A stretch of DNA of 63,883 nucleotides, filler included, from Octopus bimaculoides (GCF_001194135.2; 4 parts of 4 records of this genome joined end to end with filler, not necessarily neighbours in it); one strand, 5' to 3'; positions 1-14,408 are shown, counted from the first letter of the whole stretch. Notes: generated from the letters alone by a model not told the origin. A program made the numbers and translations.

Positions 1-518
1 ATATATATAGGAATTTTTGTCCATTCTTCAGTTAAAACAGTCTCCAGTTCTTGTAGTGATATCGTGGAGGATATCGAATCCTTTCTTGTTTTTCTGAAAT
101 GCATCATAAATATTCAATAATATTGAAATTTAGGGACTGTGATGGCTAGATAAGATGCTCAACTTCAATACAAAGTTCCTCGTGTCCTTCTATTGTTGAT
201 CTTGGTCTTGCACAGTTCACTTCTGTGCAGAAGTATCTACGGAAATGCCAGACCCAGGAATCCACAGTGCACATCAAGGCAACACGGGAACAGGGGCAAT
301 CTTAAAAGTAACCCAAGATCAGCAATAGAACGGAGTTACAGGAAGCTAGCTGGTAGCTATAGCAACACCCTTCTGCGCATGTCCACTCCACACACAAACC
401 TAGTACTCATTCTATCGAACTCTTTTGCCAAAACACCAACTGACGAGGACGTAATCAAACTAGCCCAAGGTGTCAAGTGGTGGTTAGGAACAAATACTTA
501 CTCAAAGACACCCACATA

Positions 519-708
519 GGCACATCGTGGCTGTGTGGTAAGAAGCTTGCTTCCCAACCACATGGTTCTGGGTTCAGTCCCACTGGATGGTACTTTGGGC
601 AAGTGTCTTCTATTCTAGCCTCGGGCCGATCAAAGCCTTGTGAGCGAATTTGGTAGACGGAAACTGAAAGAAGCCCATCGAATATATATCTGTGTGTGTG
701 TGTGCGCG

Positions 709-746
<38 letters not shown>

Positions 747-974
747 TGTTTGAGTGTGTGTGTGTGTTTTTCCGCCCACTACCATCGCTTGGCAGCCAAC
801 TTTGGTGTGTTTACGTCCCCGTAACTTAGCGGTTCGGCAAAAAAGTCTGATAGAATAAATACTAGGTTTACAAGGAATAAGCCCTGTTATCGATTTGTTC
901 GACTAAAACCCATTAAGGCGTTGCTCCAATATAGCCGCAGTCAAATGACTGAAACAAGTAAGAGAATAAAAGAA
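519..974 (+). mobile_element. Full-length tRNA-derived octopus SINE (family A, internal CA/TG microsatellite)
   Basis: tggctgtgtggtaagaagcttgc head, B-box-like gggttcagtccc, internal (TG)n, tail ...gactgaaacaagtaagagaataaaag. Homologous to copies at 50461 and 52714. Confidence 0.85.
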
Positions 975-1286
975 TATATACGCGCAAACTATGGGCTTCT
1001 TTTAGTTTCCGTCTACGACCAAATCTATTCACAACCTTATGCTATCGTAGAAGACCTTAACTCAAGGTGCCACGCAGTGGGACTAAATCTAGAACCATGT
1101 GGTTTAGATAGCAAACTTCTTAGTACGCTTCGAGTAAAACATTTGATGACTGAGTTTGAAGCGGGAAAGTAAGATTATATAGAATCTAGATCATGTGTTT
1201 GAGATGCAGTTTGTTGTTGAGAGCAGTCTTACTGATGTTGTCTTAATGTCTCAGTGTTATTGACGTTATCTTTGTCATTGTCTTTT

Positions 1287-1580
1287 AGTGGTTAGGGCAT
1301 TCGGCTTACGATCATAAGGTCATGTGTTCGAAACGCGGCGGTGCATTGTGTCCTTGAGCAAGACACTTTATTTCATGTTGCTGGCAAAAATGAGTTACAC
1401 CTTTAATTCAAAGAGCCAGCCTTGTCATATTCTGTGTCACGCTGATTATGTCTTAGAATTCATTAGGTTATTTGTACTCGTGCTTGTTGAGTGTTGAGCG
1501 ACTCGCAAGTTAATTCACGAGCAGGCTGTTCCATTGATCAAATCAACTGAAAAACACATCATCGCAACCGACGGTGTGAC
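1287..1580 (+). mobile_element. tRNA-derived SINE related to family C
   Basis: agtggttagggc head, ccttgagcaagacactttatttcatgttgc central domain, caaagagccagccttgtcatattctgtgtcacgctg 3' region. Confidence 0.7.
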
Positions 1581-2090
1581 AATTTAGTTCATCTGACCAG
1601 ATAGTGTATTCAATTTTTTAGATGGTATCGTATGATGCGAGTGTTATTTCATGGCTATTTTTAACAAATTGCTGGATTTTGAGAAGGCTTGCTCGTGTCC
1701 TTGATGAGACTAAAACTACAATGTGGAACCTTATCTCTAGCTATAAGATTACAATATGTGGTGATATTAATACACTTAAGACACTAATGAACTTCACAAC
1801 CGCCAAATCTCCTTCACTTGATTAAAAGGAAACGCCATGTCAATATAAAATAAATATATTTTCATGAATAAAATTTGTCCTAAATAACAAAACAAAACAC
1901 ACTCACATATATACATCACACGTACAAATACACCCACACAGTCACACGCATGCACATATGTCTGTGTCTAATTGTGTTTCTGAATCGTAATGTACATACA
2001 TTCTTGCCAAAATACACGTACAGGAGCATACGTGTATGTATTTATGTATATGTGTGTATACTTTTTAAGGTGCGTTCGTGTGTGAGTGTT

Positions 2091-2138
<48 letters not shown>

Positions 2139-2731
2139 CGTGTGTGTGTGTGTGTTGTATGCGTACAACAAAGGCCATAATTTCATATAGCTTTGATTAA
2201 TGTTCCCAATTTAAAGGTGCGGGAAGTTGACAAGGAATTACAAATGAATGAAAAAATAAATGTGTAAGTAAATAGCAGCAGCAACAACAACAACACCAAC
2301 GACAAGAATAACAACACAACCACAAGAAGAATAACAACACAACTACAAATATTTACAACCAACGGAACAAATAAATAAATAACCTTCCGAGAGAAAGAAA
2401 GAATATCATGATAAATAACGTACACGAAGAAAAGTACAAAATAAACGCGTGATATTACTTCAAAAATTACACATACACATAGGTGTGCGCGTATGCGTGT
2501 TTTTTTTGTGCGTGCGTGTGTGTGTGTAAACTATAGATATATTCATATATATGTATGTGTGTACAAACACGCACACATACAATTACATATATATGTACTT
2601 ATATGGATGTATACGTATCCATATATAGGCATGCATATACACATATGTACATATATGCATATATACGTACGCATCTATTTGCGTATATATATACATATGT
2701 GTGTGTGTGTGTATATATGTGTGCGTAGATA

Positions 2732-2841
<110 letters not shown>

Positions 2842-4645
2842 TATATGCATGTATATAGACATGCACGTTTTCACGCAGAGCCACAAACTTACATACACAA
2901 GCATATGCACATACGTATTTATATACATAAATACATATACATATTCATATAGAAATAACACACACATACCCACACACACACACACACACACATGTGCACT
3001 GTACTAGCGTAAGTCGTGTAAAGAAAATCGAAAAGGAAAAGCAAAAGAATTTTCAGAAAACCAAAGTTTATAATAGTAAAAGAACGGCAGAGACATCGGG
3101 CAACATTTAGCAATTGATACTGATGTTAAGCGGTTGATTCTGTGTCAGAAATTGTGCCTTCTCTTCAACGTCTTCAGCGAAACGTTGATCAACGGCTCAT
3201 TGCGTTAGCTGACCCTAAAATATTGTCAGTGCTATGTGAACTTTGACACAGAGAGCACATTAAATATTTCGCTGTGACGTCTTTCATTCTTTTTCTTCAT
3301 TTCTTTCGTCTTTCTTGATTTCTTCTCGTCTTCCCTTCTTTCTGCATTTCACATCTTTTATTTTTCTTCTCATTCTTTCTTTTTTCTCTTGCTTTCAACT
3401 AACCCTACTGCTCGTATTTTTTTTTAATTATATGTATTTTTAATTTTTTTTTTATACAAAGCCATTTTTCAACCTGCATCCTCTTTATATATATGTATAT
3501 ATATTTTTTACTTTGCTTCTACTTTTTTCAAATCTTTTATTTTTCATTTCACATTTTTTTATCCTTTTCTTGTCTTCCTGAATAGCGTTCTTTACTATGT
3601 TGTAAATATTGTTGTCAAGATGTCGTCGTATCATTATTATTATTATCATTATTATCATTTCTATTATATTTCTTCTTCTTCTTCTTCTTCTTCTTCTTCT
3701 TCTTCTTCTTCTTCTTCTTCTTCTTCTTCTTCTTTTCTCCTCCTCCTCCTTTATTATTTTTACGTTGGAAATTATATTACTATTGGTGTTTTTCTGTCGT
3801 TGTTCTAACCGTACCCCATTCGTAGCCCTTGTGGCAAAAATAAAAGAAAGTGATCGTTTATTATTACTATTATTATAAGTAGTAGTAGTAGAAGGAGGAG
3901 GAGGAGGAGGAGGAGGAGGAGGATTGATAGCAGCAGTACAGTAGCGGCAGTTTTTTTATTATTATTTTTTTTATTCCTCACATGAATCTGACTCTGGTCA
4001 TATTTTTCCTTTCTCCTGTACAAGCCCCCACTAATGTCATGAACCTTCCTGTTGGTTCCCTAATAGATCAGTACTTGTCTGTGACACAGATGGTCGCTCG
4101 TCTGGCTATTATTTGTCAATAAGAACCGTCGATGAAGCTGAATTAATACGCGTGGCTAGTTCAGAAATTAATCATACGAGACAATGGCACTTTGGACATG
4201 ATGCATGATGGTTAAGATGATGAGGTTTTTATATAAACCACCATAGAACGAGACAAATAGGGAAGAAGATGGTTGGTCGGTGGTAGGATTGGTGAGGTGG
4301 AATGAGATGGGAGTTGCTAAAGGAAAAGGAAAAAGTGAAAAGTGAAAAGAAGATAAATCGAAGGGCAAAAGGAAAGAGTAAGAGTCTGCTAAATGGAAAG
4401 AGATAGATAATGTTGTCTGCTAGGTCAAAGGTCAGATGATTTTATGCTAAAAAAATAGTCTGTGGAGAGAAGGAGGAGAGAGAAAATATAAAAGCAAATG
4501 GCGAGGAAATGATAGATTTATATAAACAACAATTTTCTGTTTGTCACCTTAACCATCAATTCGTCCGTGTGTGTACTTGCCTATGTGTCTATTAGTGAGT
4601 CCTTCTGTGAGTATGCATGTGTGTACGACTGTGAGAGATGGATAG

Positions 4646-4688
<43 letters not shown>

Positions 4689-5707
4689 AACAAACAAACA
4701 AACAAACAAAGAAACAAAGAAACAAAGAAAGAAAATTTTCTTCGATAGCTAATAAGAAATACAGTATGAAGTTAAAACATGCTATATATAACTAACTATA
4801 ATGGCAATTAGAAGGCGGTCCAATTCTAACAACACTAAATGTGTATTTGTTTATATTGAATAAACATATCACCAACATATTTTTGAAAATAAAGAATTCA
4901 TCATCATATTTATGAGTGCTGGTGCAATGTCTATATATAAAAAAAAACCTGCTGTTACTATTCATGATGTTGTTTGTATGTATAACAACTACGTGTACGC
5001 TCAAGTGATACGCCGCTGCTGTTAATATGATTGATGCTATAACTTATCGTCAATTAAGGACAAGTATTTGCCTTACATATTTAGACATCGGTATTTGTTC
5101 TTAATGAAGTATTACCGCTTCAAAAAAAAAAATCCTCATACTTTTAAAGCAGGAATCACTCCACAATATTCTTGCGCCTTGGTTCTTGCATACTTCTTCT
5201 AGTTCTCCTTTCATTCTCTTTCACTTCTTCGATACTCACGGAGGTAGGAAAGGCAAAACAGACCTCCACTGGATTTGTGTTCAAAACATTAAGACCTTGG
5301 GCACAACTATCGGAACGATGCAATGATATAGAAGCTATATTAAAATAACACTGACAGTGGAATTCAAACTTTTACGCATCAGAATAAGAAACAAATTGCA
5401 GCTCTGAATTGTACTGAATTATAGACTGCCAGTTTTGTTATTCACCGGTAGCTCTATGTCTGGTAAAGCTTTCCGTTTATTAGAAAAATATGATGCATAA
5501 TCGAGTGTATCAGGTTTTACAGCTCTCTATATTTGACATCCATACGCGACAGAATTATCTTTGAAAATATGCTATGTGGGAACATCTTTAAAATATAAAA
5601 TTATGTTAAATATCCAAACAAATGTACAAAATAGAAGTGGACCAATGCGACTTTACTGTCATATTTCTTTTCTAGCATTCTCCCCAGCCTATCTATGGGA
5701 ACAGTTA

Positions 5708-5870
5708 TTTCGTCTGTCTTTATGTTCCAAGTTCAAATTCCGCCGAGGTCGACTTTCGCTTTCATCCTTTTGGGGTCGATAAATTAAGTACCAGTTGCGT
5801 ACTGGGTTGATCTAATCGACTGGCTCCTTGCCCAAAAATTTCGGGCCTTGTGACTAGAGTAGAAAAGAAT
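5708..5870 (+). mobile_element. SINE family B, 5'-truncated (tail type 1)
   Basis: Same core and ...gggccttgtgactagagtagaaaagaa tail. Confidence 0.85.
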
Positions 5871-6321
5871 ATATAGGAATGGTAAATAATCGTGCGATTT
5901 ACAGAATTAGCCGAACCCATCGCAATTAACTCTTATTTTCTTTAAATCATTGAATAGAGATTGTCCTTCAAGATATTAGGTTCGGTCAGGCATTGCTTTA
6001 TAATCTAAAAATTTTATTGATTATATCTATATCATTGTGCATGAATTTTTCATTAAGCAATTTTTTAATGTTATACTTTTTGTGAAAGATATCGTCGTTG
6101 TTTACAGATTTCAAAGAGCTAATTCATTGGTTGGCTGCATTTACGATGGTGAGAGTGACAAAAGTACGTCTCTCGAATTTGAACGTAAAAAAATCCAACA
6201 GTTATTTCTCGCAGACGTTTGTACTATTTAGCACACAAATATATATATATGCATATATATGGACGTTCATACGCATATACAAAGTGTAAATTTTGTATTA
6301 GAAGCAGCTCTATGATTTAAA

Positions 6322-6567
6322 CATTATCAATGTCGCATACTTAATGTATGCGTGTTACTAAACGGTTCTAGGCTGTGTTATTTCGTCCAGAGAAAGTTCT
6401 TTTAAATACATAGAGTGTAAAAATACACAGTACACTTCAAAGCCAGACGGCGTCTTTAAAGCGACCTTTGGCACTCAACGTCTTTAAAGGGACCTTCTCT
6501 GGACGAAATACCGCAGCTTAAAAGCGTTTTTCAACACGCATATTCTACATATGTGACAATGATAATG
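6322..6567. mobile_element. MITE with long imperfect TIRs (~85 bp)
   Basis: cattatcaatgtcgcata...tatgcgtgtt...tatttcgtccagagaa pairs with ttctctggacgaaata...aacacgcata...atgtgacaatgataatg. Confidence 0.7.
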
Positions 6568-7114
6568 TATACATACATATATATGCGTGAGAGAGCGAGA
6601 GAGAGAGTGAGAATTGGTGGGGAGAAAGATTACGTCAAACAAATTCCATTCATGAGATTTTAGTCAACTCGAAACTATAAAGCAGACTTTTCTCTAAAGT
6701 GTCGTGTATTGGGATCCTAGACCCAGGTGAACTTAAATACTTAGTTGAGCCTTCACCAATCATGTATTTTGTGAGTGCTTGATCGTGTGTAGGGTGGTTG
6801 TGGTGGTGGTGGTAGTGGTGGTGGTGGTGGAATAGGCTCAAGATTATCATAACAAGGAATCAAATTATCAAGTAATATCTTTGGAATCGAATCAAAGGGC
6901 TTTGGATCATGCCGGATCTATATTTGAGAATTACTTCAGGAAATAGTTCTCTCAAATAATTGTTGAATATGTTTTCCTGAACCACTGAATATCTTTCTTT
7001 ATGAGGATATTTTCAAATATATTTTATCATTGCATGTTTGAAAGTAGAGAAATTCTAGAAATGGTTAATGCGTTTCTTCCTTCGCTTTAGCAACTTAATA
7101 TCACTGACCACTGT

Positions 7115-7325
7115 AGGAGGTCGAGTTGGCAGTATCGTTAGCACACCGAGCTAAAATGATTAGCGACATTTGGTCCGTTCTGTGTTCAAATGCCGCCGAG
7201 GTTGACTTTACCTTTTATCATTTCGGGGTCGATAAATAAGTACCAGCTGAGTACCGGGGTCGATGTGATGGACTCTCCGCTCCCCAGAACTTGCTGGCTT
7301 TATGCCAAAATTTGAAACCAATATT
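7115..7325 (+). mobile_element. SINE family B (tail type 2)
   Basis: Head and core as 11312; tail gccaaaatttgaaaccaatatt; degenerate TSD aatatcactgaccactg / aatattagtggccattg. Confidence 0.8.
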
Positions 7326-7379
7326 AGTGGCCATTGAAATAGTAGAATGACAAACTAAATTATTTCGCTTATATAACTT

Positions 7380-7511
7380 CAGGGTGATTCAAAAGTCGCC
7401 ATACAAAAGAACAATTTATTTTTTTATAAGAAACAGTTTTTTTTTATTTAACTGCTTCTTATAAAAACAAAATAAATTTTTCCTGTGTATGGTAACTTTT
7501 TAATCACCCTG
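7380..7511. mobile_element. Tc1/mariner-type fold-back MITE
   Basis: TIR cagggtgattcaaaagtcgccatac / gtatggtaactttttaatcaccctg (22/25). The interior is also inverted-repeated; TA at the right end. Confidence 0.8.
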
Positions 7512-8209
7512 TATATATCGAGTTTCTTAGTTCGATAACTGGGGAGATTGACTTTTTGTTTGTCTCAATGATATGCATGGGTCCACTATATTAGTTTCCT
7601 ACATGTACTTTCCTTGAATCTCATCAATATAATTCAATATTGAACAATTTCGAAACTTTATGTATTTGAATAGAACGCATTTTTTTAAATGTTCGAAAAA
7701 TATAAAGAAAATTAGACTGAAGCTCTGAAAGAATTTATTATACTAAACTTAAGTCTATAAAAATACTCGTGACGTTACAACTAAAATCTCAATCACCCGA
7801 GAGCGAAATTGATAATAGTATAAGCAGGTTATGATTTAACTATCACTGTCCAGTCAACTCGGTTAAACTCTACACGTTAGAGTGCATAGGATGGTTGCCT
7901 AACATACTGAAGCATAGAATATCCAGAATACAAGACGTATGAGCTTCCACCAGAATGTTCGATCGGTTATCACTGCCATGCCATAATTCAGCTCGATCAG
8001 AAACTGACCAACGCTACAACAGTAACAACAACAACAACAACAGCAATAACAACAGCAACTGAAAATAACACAAACATATTTTATCTACTACTACTACTAC
8101 TACTACTATTAATACTACTACTACCATGCTACTGATACTAATTCTGATGTTACTGCTGTTGTTGCTGTTACTTTGAGAAGGACATAATACAAAGCTACCG
8201 AGAAACGCT

Positions 8210-8247
<38 letters not shown>

Positions 8248-9105
8248 GAGAGAGAGAGAGCGTATATGTGGAAGAGGGAGGGAGAGACAGAAATAGAGAG
8301 TGAGAGAGAGTGGGAAGAGAGAGAGAGAGGGCTGATAGTCAGAGTGCGTGAGAGAGCGTGAAAGATTAAAATCAGAACGATGTCCATAAATGGATTCTCT
8401 ATCACCGTGGAACATTTTCGGTGAACTAAGTATCCGAAACGACAGCAACAACTAATAATATATTGTCTCATCTGTGTTTTGGCATGGACACTCGGTGGCT
8501 GGCTATTGGAAGAGAGCAGCAAGTTGATCTATAATCATCGTAAATCAACTGCGAGCACAAATTCTATCTGGTTCAAGAGATATAGGTCACGATAGTATCT
8601 TCAATTTATGTACATATTTATTTATTGTTAAGAAACTGAGTTAGTGATAAAAGCATATGAAGCTGGAGTAATATTGTCGTATATTGACCATCGGGGCAAA
8701 CATAAATACATTTTATAGATACGTCAGGTGCACTGTGATTATTAAAGAAAAGTGTTTGTAAGCCATAGATCAATATTATATAATGTGTTCAATTTGACAT
8801 ATTTCAGTTCAATGTTGTTCTGATTTTATACGTTTATATGATGTAAAAGTAAGTGTTGGGGTTATTGTTAATTTATTTAGAACTCTACAGTTATGGGTGG
8901 TATATTTACTAGAATATAAACTCTTGAGAAACTATGTATGATAAAGAATATTGAGTTTCAAATGAAGAATGCGTACGCGCTTGTATACGTAGAGAATTCA
9001 CACGGCTATACATACGTGTAACATTTGCGATCTTCAATTTTGAAGTTTTGAAATAAATAACTGAGACAGTTGATAACTTTCATTTGTAATATCTTCTTTG
9101 TATTA

Positions 9106-9211
9106 AAGCAGCGAGCTGGCAGAATAGTTATCGCACCGCACAATATGGGGGTCAATGTAATCGACTTACCCCTTCCCCGAAATTATTGGCCTGGTGCCAA
9201 AATTTGAATCC
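9106..9211 (+). mobile_element. Internally deleted SINE family B with perfect 18-bp TSD
   Basis: aatatcttctttgtatta at 9088-9105 and 9212-9229. Confidence 0.8.
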
Positions 9212-9799
9212 AATATCTTCTTTGTATTATGTTGTTTAATAAAGTCGTTTGTTTTTTGTGGGGGGTTTTTTTCATCCATTTATTTTAACGTTTTCCTATA
9301 TTATTTGAATTAAACAAGAATAATATTTCTATCGTAGAGCTTTCTTTATTCATTTTCTTAGCTTTGTTCTTTCCTTACAAATTATATTTATTTTTGAAAT
9401 CTGAATAAATTTTACCTCTTTTCAGACATATGCAGATAGAGTACCGAGTAGAAAAAAAAAAAAATTGTACGATAAATCAATATTTTGACAAGAGTCTTGT
9501 ATTTTCACCTTTTGAGGTTATTAGGAGTTACAGTCAGGAATGTGGAAATAGGAATTCAAATATTCAACCTTCGTTAACCCAACAATCCCTAAATAAGGCG
9601 TTTGAAGTGTTGCTTAAATAATTCAATGCATGTTCGTAGTAACAAACACGTAAAGCATATTAAATTTCAGTCGCACAGTTTTTAAATAAAATTCTTTAAA
9701 GAATTGACTTAAGATGTAAAGAAAAATATAGGCATGCATTATGGAATAAAAGTAGATATTTGACTTCACAATTTTAATCGCACACCATCAGAGAGCTTT

Positions 9800-10310
9800 T
9801 AATAGGTCTCAGGACTTGCTAAAAATAGCTACCAAATCGTACACACAAAACACCTTCTGATCTCTTAAAGATGGACATATTGAACCATGTAAGCATAGAA
9901 ATAAAAAAGCAGGAAAGCCATGGCTCGAATGCATTTGATCATAGAGTTGCTTGGTCAAGACTGACCTACAGCTCAACAACTATATAGTTCCCAGTAATCG
10001 AGTCAAATGCTATTAGATATTTCGTCCGTTATGCTGAGAAGTCTCTAACACTAGAGTATTTTTACACGAAACCATAAAAAAAAATAGCCATCGGATGCTG
10101 TTGTTGCTTAACTTGAAGACGGCCTCGATTGAAGAAATCCTTGTTCAAAGCATTCTGGCCCTGATCAATCTGGCCTTCTCCCAAGACACAGCATATACCG
10201 GAATACATTAGTCAATATGTCCCGCTTTTTCAGGACTGTAGAGAGATTTTTCTATTATTACTAGTAAACAAAGCACTTACATAAGGTCTCTCTTACAGAC
10301 TCGTCAAATC
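9800..10310. repeat. Two inverted copies of an interspersed repeat family (other copies near 22390 and 59330)
   Basis: Shared gctaaaaatagc..ccaaatc and ggacatattga..atgta motifs in opposite orientations. Confidence 0.45.
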
Positions 10311-11311
10311 ACTTGTAGCCAATGTAAAAAGTTAAAACAGCTAAGCTGGTCGGAAAATCAAGGGAGCATGTTTTGTGTATATTCTATAAAAGTAAACACT
10401 AATCATTATTAATCGAATTTAATTAATATTGTTTTACTAATTGTAATGAAGACTCTAAAATAGCTACGTTGTAGATTGATGCAATTTCCAGATTTTCTGC
10501 GTTTGGTTAATACATTATAGTGCCAGAGAGAAACGGAAATATATATGAAGCAAAGTAAATCAAAGGTTATATTTTGATTTAAGCAGTAATAAGAAATAAA
10601 TGCTTTGCTATAATTCATTCAGCAAAATTACAAAATACAACACAAAAGTAAACAACTGAAATCAAATTAAAGTAACTACCAAATAACTTGTTATTTTGCA
10701 TTTATGAGTATTTCCGATGTAAAACTCTGCAGTCAGAGGAAGGGTTTGTTTATTTCCCCATCTAGCAAATTTGGAATTCTGAAGTTAAGACACTGTGACG
10801 GTATGAATACCGTGTATTATATTATCGTTACGTATGTATGTCATTATTTAGTTTATACCAGACCATCACCGTCAAGTAGAATAGTCTCTGATTTGAGTGA
10901 AATGTATTCAAGAGTGCATGGTTCTTTCGTGTAATTGTTGTTATCGTTATTGTTGTAGTTGTTATCCTTGCCATTGTCGTCGTCATCGTTGTTGTTGTTG
11001 TTGATATTGTGGCTGTATAGGATGTATTGCTTAAGGGTGTCTTTGCTTCATAATTCTAACAGGGATGCGAAGACCTCTACCGCTTTATGCAGTTTCTTAA
11101 AGGATCTCATTTTGCCATCAGTGGAGCAGACCTATGATCAGAGGTATATCTGTGGTGACTTCCCCATATTTTTTTTTAGAGGAATATAAAACCATATTGC
11201 TCCAGGTGTATTTTCACGTTTGAGACGTCGACTATAATGAGGGAGAATTGGCTGATGTTTCGTAGGTAAATGGATTAACGACAGTAATAGAAGAATACTA
11301 AAAGAAGATTC

Positions 11312-11520
11312 AAGGCGGCGAGCTGGCTGAATCGTTAGCACGCCGGGCGAAATGCTTAGCGATATTTCGTCTGTCAGGGTTCAAATTCCGCTGAAGTCGA
11401 CTTTGCGTTTTATCTTTTCGGGGTCGATAAATTAAGTACCAGTTGCGTACTGAGGTCGATGTAATCGGCTGGCCCCTCTCCTCCCCAAACATTTTGGGCT
11501 TTGTGCCTAGAGTAGAATAG
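11312..11520 (+). mobile_element. Full-length tRNA-derived SINE (family B, tail type 1)
   Basis: aaggcggcgagctggctgaatcgttagc head, ggttcaaattcc B-box, gtcgataaattaagtaccagttgcgtactg core, ttgtgcctagagtaga tail. A partial copy follows at 11551-11680. Confidence 0.85.
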
Positions 11521-12406
11521 AATACTACTAGAAGATTTCTGATATTATATCCGCCAATGTCGACTTTGCTTTTTATCCTTTCGAAGTCGATAGAGTAAGT
11601 ACCAACTGTGAACTGGGATCCATGCAATCACTTTAACCCATTCCCCCAAAGTCCTGTGTCAAAATTTGAAACTGATATTAAATTATATCCCATTACCTCC
11701 TTCTTTTAAAATCCCTCCGTTGATTGTAAGCGGCATTTATATGGGCGAGGATTATTTATATTAGGAGTGTTTAATCCGAGTTAATCTTCAAGCAAAATAT
11801 ATGGCATTGTACTAACATACGTAGTAATAGTTATTATCATGATCGTGATGATGCTAAAGATGATTGCCTTTATCGTCATTATTAGTATCCTAATAATAAT
11901 CATAACTATTATCACTATCAGCAACATCATAAAAATAATAATGATGACCGTTAGAAACATTATCAGTATCATCATCAAAAAGTCACTGTAGTTTCGTTTG
12001 TTATTGTTACTTCTGTTTCTTTTTTTTTTTTCTTTCATCATCTCACAGTCGAATTCTTTTCTCAAGTTTGTCTTCTACGAAGTGGTCAAGAGTGTTAATA
12101 TAGATAATGATTAAGCATAAGAAAGATATAGTTTCACAGTTTACGTAGCTAGGTGTTTAATTTCATTGATTAACACATTTTGTTGGTGTTAAACCTTCCG
12201 AGAAAACTTTTATTTACAATCAACATTGTGCTAAGCGAAGTTTGTCGACTCTAGGTAGGGAAAAGAGCTTTTACCTAATCATAAACATTGAAACGCTTGT
12301 AGTCTTTTAGAGAAAAATAGAAGACATTACTGACCATCACTAACACTTATATGCTTACATTTCTCTCTTTCTGAGTCTCTTTTCTTTGCACACATATACA
12401 TTCTCG

Positions 12407-12459
<53 letters not shown>

Positions 12460-12491
12460 CTTCTCTCTCTCTCTCTCTCTCACTCTCTCAC

Positions 12492-12534
<43 letters not shown>

Positions 12535-12619
12535 TAAATATATATATACACACACATGAATATATATACATGAGCATATATATAAATGAACACATGTATA
12601 GTTAGTAATTACGTTTGGG

Positions 12620-13060
12620 NNNNNNNNNNCGTTTGGGCGGGGATGTTTTTCAGAGAAACGAAATTTTAATGTTGCATAGAGGTGTGAACCACGTAATATA
12701 TCTTTGTCTTTTGTTTTTTCTTTTTCTTTTTTTTCTTTCTTGTTGCTATTGTTGTTGTTATTGTTCACGGTTGTCTTGTGTGTATTCAATGTAAGTCGTG
12801 TCTCGTAATTTTTTTTTTTTTTAGGTAGGGCATCGCTGCTGTAAGGTGCTGCTTCTGTTAATATTTGTCTGTTTGCATAAAGCTTTTGTAGTCTATATGA
12901 TAAGTTAAGTAGCAGGTGGTTGATTAAGTCCCTGGGGTCGTTACAATGAAAGTTTATGGAGTATAGAGATTCACTTAGTTTATAGTACTTGTCAAGAAAG
13001 TCAGTGTCGTCCACTCAGGTTTCGAAAATAGTAGTTTTATTGGGGCTATACTATATGGCA
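12620..13060 (-). mobile_element. Probable L2/CR1 APE endonuclease remnant (explains ORF 12355..13014)
   Basis: AI*YSP (YRPP-like), FLDKY, SINFHCNDPRD (GDFNxHxDDP-like) and GSHLYATLKF (SDH-like) occur in order, with in-frame stops upstream. Confidence 0.45.
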
Positions 13061-13376
13061 TTTACAGACCTGAGTTTTAGAATAAGTGAAAGTTCTTTCA
13101 GAATTTTGCGGTGAGTTAAAGGATGTCGATGATAATATTTAGGAGCTCGTCACCCTCTGCCTGGAAGCACGTTCAAACAATAAATAAGGATAAATAATTT
13201 GTCAGTATATATTCGTGAACAATTCTGCAAAATATATAGGAGTAGGTATGAGGTTGTGTTTTAGTAAGATACAATGATAAGAAATAAGGATTAAAACCTT
13301 CCTTCATTGAATAATAATACGTATTATTTTAAATTAAAATTATTGTAAATGAAAGTATATCAAGAATTGTAGATAT

Positions 13377-13826
13377 TTATTTCTTTATTGCCCACAGGGC
13401 GCTAAACATTGACGGGACAAACAAGGACAGACAAAGGGATTAAGTCGATTACATCCACCCCAGTGCGTAACTGGTACTTAATTCATCGACCTCGAAAGGA
13501 TGAAAGCAAAGTCGACCTCGGCCGAATTTGAACTTAGATCGAAAAGACAGACGAAATACCGCTAGGCATTTCGCCCGGTGCGCTAACGTTTCTTATTTCT
13601 TTATTTCCCACACGGGGCTAAACATAGAGGGGACAAACAAGGACAGACAAAGGGATTAAGTCGATTACACCAACCCCAGTGCGTAACTGGTACTTAATTT
13701 ATCGACAGCGAAAGGATGAAAGGCAAAGTCGACCTCGGCGGAATTTGAACTCAGAACGTAACGGCAGACGAAATATCGCGAAGCATTTCGGCCGGCGTGC
13801 TAACGTTTCTGCCAGGTCGCCGCCCT
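13377..13826 (-). mobile_element. Head-to-tail dimer of SINE family B (tail type 3)
   Basis: Two ~220-bp units (13377-13593, 13594-13826), each with tatttctttatt...gggacaaacaaggacagacaaagggattaagtcgattaca. Confidence 0.85.
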
Positions 13827-13942
13827 CGGGAATAATAGATAATATTCTTCCAGAACATATAAATGTATACACGCTCGATGTGTGTGTAAGTATGTGCAAG
13901 TACACACATATATGTGTGTGTGTGTGTGTGTAAGTATGTATA

Positions 13943-13981
<39 letters not shown>

Positions 13982-14407
13982 GTGTATGTGTGTGTGTACT
14001 TATGTATATATGTATATATGCACCTATGCATTTATATATTTGTTTGCGTGTATGGATGAAATGCGGCGAATTATACTATTATTAAACACAGGACCTTTGA
14101 CATGTTATTTGTAGGAATTGCAGGTATTCCTTTCAAAGTATCCGGCCTGTATCTTGTACTATGAAAGGGGATGCTTGTTTTGTCCCGTTCAAAATAGTTT
14201 TATTACCGACAATTCATACGGTGTGCTACATACAAAAGGCATTCGATCCAGTAAACTTCGTTTTTTTATTTTCTTTGGGTTGTTCACTGTGGATATCTCA
14301 TGTACTGCCTGTATACTCGTTTTAATTGTTGCATTAACTTTGGATTTTAGTCGTTGCAAATCAATTAGTTTATTATATAGTAATTAGCGATCTGTCACCA
14401 CTTCTTG

Positions 14408-14408
<1 letters not shown>

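Noticed and set aside
193-519. 108-aa ORF with a signal-peptide-like start
   Set aside because: Starts at TTG just after an in-frame stop region, with no recognisable family or splice support.
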